A stretch of DNA of 54,212 nucleotides, taken from an uncultured Candidatus Saccharibacteria bacterium. GTDB lineage: Bacteria; Patescibacteriota; Minisyncoccia; Phycocordibacterales; UBA9973. Below, in pieces: positions 7,190 to 15,620 of this stretch. The notes under the pieces are model-generated. The model made no database searches and had not been told where the DNA came from. It saw nothing but the letters and a program-made list of their open reading frames with translations. The position numbers and the translations under genes are program-made. Each line of letters opens with the position of its first letter. Within the stretch, counting starts at the first letter, position 1. The DNA lies in the NCBI GenBank assembly GCA_964500465.1, contig CAZCNB010000005.1:1-54212 (forward strand), in the 5' to 3' direction.

Positions 7190-9241
7190 ATGATAAATGA
7201 GGAGATAATATCCTATATACAAGCACAGTTAAGAAAAAACATATCTGAAAGTGTAATAAAATCCAAACTAGCAAATGTTGGATGGCATACAGAAGATGTA
7301 GAAGAAGCGTTTCGCAAACTTACTCCACCTGAAATAAAAAAAGAAGTAAAAATTGAACCAATTCAATCTAATAAACCAGATCCTTATAGAGAACTACCAA
7401 GTCTTGATAAAAAAGAAGATATTGGACCTAAATTAGAAGCTAATCCAATACCATCCGAACCTTCTCCAGTTCCCAAGCCAATATTTGCTAAAAGTTTTAG
7501 TGAAGCTAACCCAAAAGACGATGGAGTCTCTTATTATATTCCTACAAACGCAGCCAGACCAACCTTCATTCCAACTGATAAAAAAGTTGAACCTACAACA
7601 ACTAACTTTAGTGTAATTAAACCTAAAATTGTTGAAGTTGTTGAGAATAACACAGTTTCAAATACAAAAACAGAAGAAACTAAAAAAACCAATACGGAGG
7701 AATTTATACCAAAACTTATACCTAAACCTGAAATTAAGCCCGACTACAAAAAACCTGTAAGTTCAACAGATATACCAAACAATGCACTACTTTATTCGTA
7801 CCCGCAAGATGTTTTTTCTTCAAAACCAAGCGAAGTTAATAATGCTCCAGTAAAGAAAAGTAGTACTTTAAAATTGATTGCGATTGTGCTCACTATTGGT
7901 TTTATTACTGGAGGGATTTTTGCATTTATTTACAGTAATAAACCAAACATTTCTATTATTAAACAGGACCCAAAAATTCTTTTAGTTAAAGCGCCAGAAG
8001 TATTAGGATCTCTCAATTCTTATAAAATAGATACTGAAGCTACAATTCTCACTCCTTCTTTTGCCGATATAACTAATGGTTTAGTTAATGGAGAAGTAAT
8101 AAATTCTAACAACAAAGATTCAATATCACTTTTTGCTAAAGGTACTGTTAACAATACTAAACCAAAACCAGTTTTTGATTACTCCATGATCATCAAGAGT
8201 TCCTTGTTTAGAGAAGATATAACTTCAAGTATAAAATCAGGAAGCAATGGAACTTTTATAGTAACTCCTGATCTTACTAAAATATTTGGTAGAAATGCTC
8301 CGACTCCTAGTACTGTTTTGGTTGATAATGGACAGTTTGGATTACTAACCAATCTGCTTCCAAAAACTTTTGAGTCAAAAATAACAAAAATAAATTTTGA
8401 TAAAATTTTTTCAGTAGGATTGCCTTCATATATTACTGGAGAAACTAATTCTATTTTCCAAGATTTTTTAAAGAATGCTAGTGTTATTGAGAAAGATTCC
8501 GAGGTGGTACACAACGTAGATAGTTATCATTATATTTTGAGCTCGGACAAACAGTCTACTAAAAAGTTTTTATCTAGTTTTGTTACCTTTTTCTTGAACG
8601 AATTAACAGAAGAAGAAAAACAAAATCTCAATGAAGGTATTGGGTCTACAAATCTTGATTCCCTCGAGATATGGATAGGTAAAAATGATGGAAATATACA
8701 CCAATATAAATTCAATTTAACTACTCCTCTGTCTAAAATAATAGGACTCGAAGATAAAGGAATTGCAGGCAGTCTTGTCTCTTTTAGTTGGAAAACTACA
8801 TATTACGATTTTGATGTAGCTAATGATATAGCTCTTCCAGCCACTTCTATCAGTATGATTGATTTTATGAAAAAAGTAGAAGATATGAAATTAAAAGACT
8901 CAATCCTTTCTTTCAAAGAGATTTCTAATATATTTAAAAATGCTACGGGGTCATATGGTAAAAAAACAAACCCAAACGGAAGTTGCGTGAACCCTAATCC
9001 AGGATCACTTTTTTCTCCAGTTGGTCATCCAAAGGGAGCAAACAATTCCGTCGGCACGATGTCCGAAGTTATAAATGATATTTTGAATATAACTAACGGA
9101 TCTCTCGCTTGTTATTCATCTTCTAATGCCTGGGCTATTTCTGCTCCATTGTTGAGTGATCCTAACTCGTATGTATGTACTGATAATAGAGGAGGAGAGT
9201 CAATTTTAGAAAAACAAATAACTGGACCAATTTGTAAATAA
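7190..9241 (+). CDS. Large bitopic membrane protein, unknown function
   Basis: A short helical N-terminal cytoplasmic domain, a Pro/Lys-rich linker, a single TM (LIAIVLTIGFITGGIFAFIY) and a ~440 aa extracytoplasmic region ending in a Cys-containing tail. No family recognised. Confidence 0.4.
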   Translation: MINEEIISYIQAQLRKNISESVIKSKLANVGWHTEDVEEAFRKLTPPEIKKEVKIEPIQSNKPDPYRELPSLDKKEDIGPKLEANPIPSEPSPVPKPIFAKSFSEANPKDDGVSYYIPTNAARPTFIPTDKKVEPTTTNFSVIKPKIVEVVENNTVSNTKTEETKKTNTEEFIPKLIPKPEIKPDYKKPVSSTDIPNNALLYSYPQDVFSSKPSEVNNAPVKKSSTLKLIAIVLTIGFITGGIFAFIYSNKPNISIIKQDPKILLVKAPEVLGSLNSYKIDTEATILTPSFADITNGLVNGEVINSNNKDSISLFAKGTVNNTKPKPVFDYSMIIKSSLFREDITSSIKSGSNGTFIVTPDLTKIFGRNAPTPSTVLVDNGQFGLLTNLLPKTFESKITKINFDKIFSVGLPSYITGETNSIFQDFLKNASVIEKDSEVVHNVDSYHYILSSDKQSTKKFLSSFVTFFLNELTEEEKQNLNEGIGSTNLDSLEIWIGKNDGNIHQYKFNLTTPLSKIIGLEDKGIAGSLVSFSWKTTYYDFDVANDIALPATSISMIDFMKKVEDMKLKDSILSFKEISNIFKNATGSYGKKTNPNGSCVNPNPGSLFSPVGHPKGANNSVGTMSEVINDILNITNGSLACYSSSNAWAISAPLLSDPNSYVCTDNRGGESILEKQITGPICK

Positions 9242-9242
9242 A

Positions 9243-9662
9243 ATGCACCTAATTCTTATAAATCTAATTAGTTTACTTGGAATTTCTGGATTAGTACTCT
9301 CTTCTTATATTTACTTTAAGAAAAAGAAAAAAAAGAAAATGATTTGTCCGATGAGGTCAAATTGCGACAGTGTAATACACTCAGATCAATCCAAGATACT
9401 TGGTGTCCCTGTTGAACTATTAGGCATGGTTTATTATGCACTTATAGGACTTTCTTATGTTTTTATCTCGCTTTTAGGACTCTGGTCTTTTCCTGTTTCG
9501 ATAGTTCTTGTTGGTATTAGTGGGTCCGCATTACTTTTTTCAGTTTATTTGGTTTCTCTACAAGCTTTTGTAATAAAGCACTGGTGTACATGGTGTCTTT
9601 GTTCAGCTGGTATATCTCTTATCATATTCATTCTATCTTATTTAAATATAACTTTATATTAA
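9243..9662 (+). CDS. Vitamin K epoxide reductase (VKOR) family protein
   Basis: Loop cysteines CPMRSNC, LGVPVELLGMVYY, and an active-site CxxC within a TM (KHWCTWC). Confidence 0.7.
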   Translation: MHLILINLISLLGISGLVLSSYIYFKKKKKKKMICPMRSNCDSVIHSDQSKILGVPVELLGMVYYALIGLSYVFISLLGLWSFPVSIVLVGISGSALLFSVYLVSLQAFVIKHWCTWCLCSAGISLIIFILSYLNITLY

Positions 9663-9748
9663 ATAAACTAATTAAATAAGCCTGGATTTATCAGCAATTT
9701 TCTGGTATAACAGTGTAATCGTCCTATTTTAACCTAGGACAATAATAT

Positions 9749-9824
9749 GGTGCCTATAGTGTAATGGTTAGCACTAGAGTTTGTGGAACTCTCAGTCTGG
9801 GTTCAAATCCCAGTAGGCACCCCA
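9749..9824 (+). tRNA. tRNA-His (anticodon GTG) with encoded G-1 and encoded CCA
   Basis: G-GTGCCTA...AGAGT-TTGTGGA-ACTCT...CTGGG-TTCAAAT-CCCAG-TAGGCAC-C-CCA. Confidence 0.85.
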
Positions 9825-9835
9825 AAATATTTTTT

Positions 9836-10582
9836 ATGACGCAAACAATAATTTTATTTGTCACCTCAGTGATAGCTACAGGGTTGAGTTCTATGTCTGG
9901 TGGAGGTGCGTCAGTTATAGCTGTTCCTGTTATGATGTGGATGGGGATATCATTTCCACTTGCAATGTCAGTACAAAAATTTAGTTCAATATTCTGGGTA
10001 CTGCCAGCTTCCAGTAATTATTTGAAAGGAAGAAAAGTAAATTGGAAATTTTTAATTCTTTTTAGCCTACTTGGACTTTTGGGTGTATATATAGGTGTGA
10101 TAACCGTAGTTGCCATTGATAAGAGAGTTTTAGAAATTTGTGTTGGTATACTCATCATTCTTCTTGTTATATATACAGCGCTACGCAGAAATATAGGAAT
10201 CAAAGAAGAAACTGTTCCATCTAAGAAAAAAAGATTTATATCTTATGTATTCGGTCCAGTTTTAGGTTTCTATGAAGCAGTTTTTGGATCAGGTAATGGA
10301 ATAATGTTTGCAATTGTTACTCTGAAAACAAGAGGATTTGATTTTATTAATGCTCTTGGTTATTACTATTCGGTTGCATTTCCGTGGGAAATATTTGCTG
10401 CAGCTTTATATATATACAAAGGTTATTTTAGTTGGCATATCATGATACCCTGTGTTATAGGATCAATAATAGGTGGTTATATTGGTTCACGTTATGCAAA
10501 GTACAAAGGTAATGCATTTATAAAGATCATGTTCATCGCTATAGGTACAATCTTAGGCATTAAACTTCTAATTGGTTTCTAA
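9836..10582 (+). CDS. TauE/SafE-family (sulfite exporter-like) permease
   Basis: Polytopic membrane protein with Gly-rich TM helices typical of the family. Start trimmed to ATG 9836 because the longer ORF overlaps tRNA-His. Confidence 0.65.
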   Translation: MTQTIILFVTSVIATGLSSMSGGGASVIAVPVMMWMGISFPLAMSVQKFSSIFWVLPASSNYLKGRKVNWKFLILFSLLGLLGVYIGVITVVAIDKRVLEICVGILIILLVIYTALRRNIGIKEETVPSKKKRFISYVFGPVLGFYEAVFGSGNGIMFAIVTLKTRGFDFINALGYYYSVAFPWEIFAAALYIYKGYFSWHIMIPCVIGSIIGGYIGSRYAKYKGNAFIKIMFIAIGTILGIKLLIGF

Positions 10583-10645
10583 AATATATACAAAATTTTA
10601 GTGATATTATATAATCCTAGTATTAGTACTTAATTATTTATATAT

Positions 10646-11044
10646 ATGAAGGGTTTTAAACAATTTGTCTTACGTGGTAATGTTGTAGATTTGGCAGTGG
10701 GTGTGGTTATCGGTGCGTCTTTTGGTACAGTAGTTACTTCTCTAGTTGAAAATTTAATAACTCCTCTTATTGCAGCAATAGTAAAATCTCCAGATTTTTC
10801 AGGACTTCTATTTACTATAAACGGCAGTAGTTTTATGTATGGTAAATTCCTAAATGCTTTGATAGCGTTTGTACTAGTTGCAGCCGCAGTCTACTTCTTT
10901 GTAGTTCTTCCTGTAAATACTCTCATTGCAAAATCCAAAAAAGAAGCACCTGTTGATCCTACAAGCAAGAAATGTCCAGAATGTCTAAGCGAGATTCCAA
11001 TTGCAGCAAAAAAGTGTGCTCATTGTACCTCAATAGTAGCCTAA
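10646..11044 (+). CDS. mscL: Large-conductance mechanosensitive channel MscL with a C-terminal zinc-ribbon tail
   Basis: MKGFKQFVLRGNVVDLAVGVVIGASFG is the MscL N-terminus. The C-terminus carries CPEC...CAHC. Confidence 0.85.
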   Translation: MKGFKQFVLRGNVVDLAVGVVIGASFGTVVTSLVENLITPLIAAIVKSPDFSGLLFTINGSSFMYGKFLNALIAFVLVAAAVYFFVVLPVNTLIAKSKKEAPVDPTSKKCPECLSEIPIAAKKCAHCTSIVA

Positions 11045-11048
11045 CAAT

Positions 11049-11078
11049 AAAACGACTCTAGGAAAGGGTCGTTTTATT
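11049..11078 (+). terminator. Rho-independent terminator after mscL
   Basis: aacgactc/gggtcgtt stem (one G-T) with loop taggaaa, followed by ttttatt. Confidence 0.6.
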
Positions 11079-11110
11079 GTTGGGCGAGTATTCATAGTAT
11101 AATACCCATT

Positions 11111-11770
11111 ATGGAGAATGTTAGTGAAAATAAAATAAAATTTATTACTTATTTGCCCAAAGATATTTGGATGATTTTTATTTTGGCTATTGGACTTAAT
11201 ATCGCAAGAATTGTGGTTTTTGATTCCATGTATTTTGTTTACATTTTATGGAATATATTCCTTGCAATACTTCCTTTTGTTGTTAGCTCACTACTGTCTT
11301 TCCAAGAAAATATTGGCAAACTATCTAAACCCGTTTTTATATTTGGAAGTATAATCTGGATACTACTATTACCAAATGCTCCATATATAGTTACAGATTT
11401 TATACATTTAGGTAAGGGACACGGAGCACCGGTTTTATATGATGCATTTTTATTATTTAGTTCTGCTTGGCTTGGATTAATTTTGTTTATGTATTCGCTC
11501 AGAGATATTGAAAATATTATCAGAATAAAATATGGAAATACTATTGCCAATATAAAAGTACCATCAATAATTCTTTTGGTTAGTGTAGGTATATACATAG
11601 GTAGATATCTTCGTTTCAATAGTTGGGATGTTTTTACTGACCCTTCATTTTTTGGAAATACCTGGCAAACTCTGACACACCCGATTCATTTTAATGAAGC
11701 TCTTATATTTGTCCTACCTTGTTTCTTTTTCCTTTATGTAATTTATACAGCTTGGAAAAAAAGAGTGTGA
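11111..11770 (+). CDS. DUF1361-like integral membrane protein
   Basis: Polytopic; WNIFLAILPF and LLLPNAPYIVTDFIHL motifs as I remember them for DUF1361. TATAAT at 11098-11103 lies 7 nt before the ATG. Confidence 0.5.
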   Translation: MENVSENKIKFITYLPKDIWMIFILAIGLNIARIVVFDSMYFVYILWNIFLAILPFVVSSLLSFQENIGKLSKPVFIFGSIIWILLLPNAPYIVTDFIHLGKGHGAPVLYDAFLLFSSAWLGLILFMYSLRDIENIIRIKYGNTIANIKVPSIILLVSVGIYIGRYLRFNSWDVFTDPSFFGNTWQTLTHPIHFNEALIFVLPCFFFLYVIYTAWKKRV

Positions 11771-11845
11771 TTTGACTTTTTAATATTAAATGTTATTATA
11801 CATTTAATAAAATTTCAACATATTAACTTACCTAAACTCCTTTTT

Positions 11846-12130
11846 ATGGCTTGCAATAAGGTTAAAGAAGATAAGCAGAAATTAAAAGAAGATCCTTATA
11901 AAGATGATGCTCGTTACATGGCTTTGACTGCGGATGTTAGGGCATTGTTTCATAGATATCTTTCGAGAAATACAAACGGATCGCTAACTGATTTTTTAAA
12001 CAAAAGAAAAAAAATTGCCGATGAACAAGAAGAAAAAAATTCTAAAATAAAAGGCAAGAGGATAATAGAAAGAACTGATGGAGGGTCTATTCAAACCAGA
12101 ATCATGAATGAAAAAGGAGAAATAGACTGA
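11846..12130 (+). CDS. Hypothetical small charged protein
   Basis: ORF only. Lys/Glu-rich, no recognisable motif. A hairpin plus T-run follows at about 12172-12197. Confidence 0.3.
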   Translation: MACNKVKEDKQKLKEDPYKDDARYMALTADVRALFHRYLSRNTNGSLTDFLNKRKKIADEQEEKNSKIKGKRIIERTDGGSIQTRIMNEKGEID

Positions 12131-12239
12131 CTCAATTTACTTCGCCATCCTTTATAATTTCTGTAAAAGTTTCAAGGTTCAAACCTTGGCTTTTTTTATG
12201 CTATAATATAGTCATTAGTAGCCTAACATTTTTTATATT

Positions 12240-12794
12240 ATGAATCATATTCAATATGAAGAGTCTCCTGTCGCCAAATTTTTATTTGGTAATACAAAGT
12301 TTTCTTGGTTTTGGTTGGTTGTTCGTGTCTATGTAGGTTGGGAGTGGTTAATAGCAGGGTGGGGTAAATTTACTGGTACTGGCTGGGTTGGTGATGGTGC
12401 TGGTAATGCACTTTCTGGTTTTATGAAAGGTGCACTTGCAAAAACTGCTGGTGCTCATCCAGACGTACAAGGTTGGTATGCTACTTTTCTTGAAAATGTA
12501 GTTATCCCTCACGCATCTTTTTGGTCACATTTAGTTGTCTATGGAGAAATATTAGTTGGAATTGCACTCATAATTGGAGCGTTTACTGGTATAGCTGCGT
12601 TTTTTGGCCTATTTATGAATTTGAATTTTATGCTTGCAGGAACTGTTAGTGTGAACCCAATACTTTTTACTATAAGCATTTTCTTGATTCTTGCCTGGAA
12701 GACAGCAGGTTACATTGGGCTTGATCGTTACCTATTGCCACTTCTTGGAACGTACTGGCAACCAGGGCAACTATTTAACCACGGTTCTAAATAA
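12240..12794 (+). CDS. DoxX/DoxD-like membrane protein
   Basis: Four or five TM helices; the WLVVRVYVGWEWLIAGWGKF start resembles the DoxX/DoxD family. Confidence 0.45.
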   Translation: MNHIQYEESPVAKFLFGNTKFSWFWLVVRVYVGWEWLIAGWGKFTGTGWVGDGAGNALSGFMKGALAKTAGAHPDVQGWYATFLENVVIPHASFWSHLVVYGEILVGIALIIGAFTGIAAFFGLFMNLNFMLAGTVSVNPILFTISIFLILAWKTAGYIGLDRYLLPLLGTYWQPGQLFNHGSK

Positions 12795-12858
12795 ATAGTT
12801 AAATTGCTAATTTAACTTTAACTGCTATATTAAATATAGGGGTTACCCTTTTCATTTT

Positions 12859-14637
12859 ATGGCTAAAGATTATTCGAGTATTCATAGAAAATTAGTTACA
12901 AAATACTTTTGGCAGGTAATAAAAAATTACAAAGTGTCTTTTTTCGTACTACTTGGATTAGTAGTACTTACATCTTTCATTGACATATATATCCCAATTA
13001 AGTATTTAAAATTGTGGGAAGTCTTAAGCACTAATAGCGATAATTCATACATAGAAGCAAGGAATTTGATATTACTAATACTTGGCATAATATCTTTTAG
13101 GTTTATTGCGAGGCGTGCCTCTTCATTTCTTAACGACTATTTTCAAGCAGAAGTTATGGCTGGTTTACGAAAGCAAGCATTTTCTTACATGATAGGACAC
13201 TCACACGAATTTTTCGCTTCAAAGTTTGGAGGTTCACTGGTTCAGAAGATCAATAAGTATGCTCGTGCTTTTGAAAAATTGATGGAGAAATTAGTATCTG
13301 ACGGGTTGCCACTAATAGTACGTGGACTTGGTACAATCGTTGCTATATATGTACTACTTCCAAAATATTCATACATACTATTTATTTTCTGCTTTATTTT
13401 CGTTATGACTGCTTTTATTGTTACTAGGTATAAGTTGAAATACGATATTATTGCGGCTCACGCTGATACCAAAACTACCGGGGCCCTTGCTGATTCTATT
13501 GGTAATCACTCATCAGTACAATTGTTTACTGGACACAAATATGAAGAAGAAAGAGTAGGGGGCGTTATTGATGATCAAAAAAAAGCCGTTGTATTTAACT
13601 GGTATCTCTGGGATGGCTTAAACGCAATCCAGTCTTTTTATGCAGTTGTTATTGAGTTTTTAATAATGTGGATTGCTATTGGTGACTGGAAGGTTGGTTT
13701 AATCTCTTTACCCCTTATAGTTTTACTACAGAGTTATGTTATAAGACTTGTTGAGAATCTATGGAACTTTGCCGGAATCGTTCGTACATTTTATGACGGA
13801 TTTGCAGATGCACAAGAAATGGCTGTGATTTTAGATAAGCCTTATAGTGTTTTAGACACACCAAAAGAAGAACTTATATCTGTAAAAGGAGCTTTAGAAT
13901 TTAAAGGTGTTACTTATATCTACGATCGAAATAATACCAAAGTATTTGATAACTTTTCTCTTACTATTCCAGCTGGTCAAAAAGTAGCAATAATAGGTTC
14001 TTCAGGAGCAGGTAAGTCAACTTTTGTTAAATTAATCATGCGACTTTTTGATGTAACTAGTGGTAATATTTCCATTGATGGAGTTGATATTAGAAATATA
14101 TCTCAAGAAAATCTTAGAGAAAATATATCCTTTGTTCCTCAAGAACCAATTCTTTTCCATAGAACCCTTATGGAAAATATCAGATACGGCAGAAGAGATG
14201 CCACCGATGAAGAAGTCAAAAGAGCTGCAGAGCTCGCGCACTGTACTGAGTTTATCGAAAATCTTCCATACAAATATGATACTTATGTGGGTGAGAGAGG
14301 CGTAAAATTATCAGGTGGTGAGCGCCAGCGTGTAGCTATCGCACGTGCAATACTCAAAGATGCTCCAATATTAGTACTAGATGAGGCAACTTCGTCCCTC
14401 GATTCTCAATCAGAGGTTTTGATCCAGGATGCGCTCCATAACTTGATCAAAGGCAAAACCACAATCGTCATTGCTCATAGATTATCTACTATTCGTGAAA
14501 TGGACCGTATTGTTGTTATTGCAAACGGACAGATCGTGGAAGAAGGTACTCACGAAGAGCTTATAAAAAAAGAGGAAGGAGAATACAAGAAACTTTGGGA
14601 CCTTCAAGCTGGTGGTTTTAAACCAAGCCTAGGCTAA
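12859..14637 (+). CDS. ABC exporter, fused permease and ATPase (MsbA/type I exporter-like)
   Basis: Six-TM N-terminal half; Walker A GSSGAGKST, signature LSGGERQR, Walker B ILVLDEATS. Confidence 0.85.
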   Translation: MAKDYSSIHRKLVTKYFWQVIKNYKVSFFVLLGLVVLTSFIDIYIPIKYLKLWEVLSTNSDNSYIEARNLILLILGIISFRFIARRASSFLNDYFQAEVMAGLRKQAFSYMIGHSHEFFASKFGGSLVQKINKYARAFEKLMEKLVSDGLPLIVRGLGTIVAIYVLLPKYSYILFIFCFIFVMTAFIVTRYKLKYDIIAAHADTKTTGALADSIGNHSSVQLFTGHKYEEERVGGVIDDQKKAVVFNWYLWDGLNAIQSFYAVVIEFLIMWIAIGDWKVGLISLPLIVLLQSYVIRLVENLWNFAGIVRTFYDGFADAQEMAVILDKPYSVLDTPKEELISVKGALEFKGVTYIYDRNNTKVFDNFSLTIPAGQKVAIIGSSGAGKSTFVKLIMRLFDVTSGNISIDGVDIRNISQENLRENISFVPQEPILFHRTLMENIRYGRRDATDEEVKRAAELAHCTEFIENLPYKYDTYVGERGVKLSGGERQRVAIARAILKDAPILVLDEATSSLDSQSEVLIQDALHNLIKGKTTIVIAHRLSTIREMDRIVVIANGQIVEEGTHEELIKKEEGEYKKLWDLQAGGFKPSLG

Positions 14638-15555
14638 ATGTAATTTATTTTCTTTTATTGATTTATATAAGAAGTAACCTATAACTATAAATGTAATAAC
14701 AGGGGATATGTAGTGGGGGACATGACCTCCGAATGCATCGATGAGCATAATGACGCCAAGAGCAAGTATTGAATACATAGCTCCATTTTTCAAATATTTG
14801 TATTTCTTTATCCTATCTATATTCCCCATTGTTAGCTTTCTTAAAACAAATGCTCCAATACCATTACCTATTAGAATCAGTGGTACTGATAAAGTAAAAG
14901 CAAATGCTCCCAATACTCCATCTATAGAAAATGTTGCATCGATTACTTCTAAGTAAAGTATTTTAGATAGATCACTTTTATTTGAAGCTCCGGAAAGTAA
15001 CTCTTTCTCACTCTTTTCAGCATTTTCTTTGAATCCGTGAGTTATAAAAAATGCAGTAGAACCAACCACCGCGGAAAATGCAAGCATAGAATCTATCTTC
15101 ATTGAATACCAAACAGTTATAGCAAGAAGAACTGATACTACGGCAAAAAACCAAACTCCATTTTTATGGAAAAATTTTTCAGGACGCAATCCAAAATTTT
15201 TTGGTTCCAAAAACAACCAATGAAAAAATATAAAAATAAGAAATATTCCACCACCCATAAATAGGATAGGCGTTGCTTTATCGATAGCCGTATGTACAGA
15301 TGGATCACTAGAAAAAGTTGCCGTTAGTGCTTCAATAGGCCCAAGTCCTGGAATTGTGGCCCATACTATAATCCAAGGTAGTAAACCTCTAATCAAAAAT
15401 ACAGCAATAAGTAGGCCCCATATTAGGAACCAGCGTCTAGCTTTTTTACTCATTGTACCTAAGACCTCGGCATTTATGACAGCATTGTCTATACTGACGA
15501 TTACTTCAAAAACGCATAATCCTAGTATTATCAAAATCATTGATCCAATTTCCAT
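14629..15555 (-). CDS. TerC/DUF475-family integral membrane protein
   Basis: The N-terminal FEVIVSIDNAVINAEVL motif (SxDNA) is typical of the TerC/DUF475 family. Polytopic. Its 3' end overlaps the convergent ABC exporter gene by 9 bp. Confidence 0.5.
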   Translation of the reverse strand: MEIGSMILIILGLCVFEVIVSIDNAVINAEVLGTMSKKARRWFLIWGLLIAVFLIRGLLPWIIVWATIPGLGPIEALTATFSSDPSVHTAIDKATPILFMGGGIFLIFIFFHWLFLEPKNFGLRPEKFFHKNGVWFFAVVSVLLAITVWYSMKIDSMLAFSAVVGSTAFFITHGFKENAEKSEKELLSGASNKSDLSKILYLEVIDATFSIDGVLGAFAFTLSVPLILIGNGIGAFVLRKLTMGNIDRIKKYKYLKNGAMYSILALGVIMLIDAFGGHVPHYISPVITFIVIGYFLYKSIKENKLHLA

Positions 15556-15620
15556 GCCATACAGTATACATATTTTAGTATTGTTTTACAAAAGTGGATA
15601 ATAAATATACTATATATAGT

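Noticed and set aside
9764-9835. N-terminal 24 codons of the long TauE-like ORF
   Set aside because: These codons are simply the tRNA-His gene read as protein. The real start is taken as ATG 9836.
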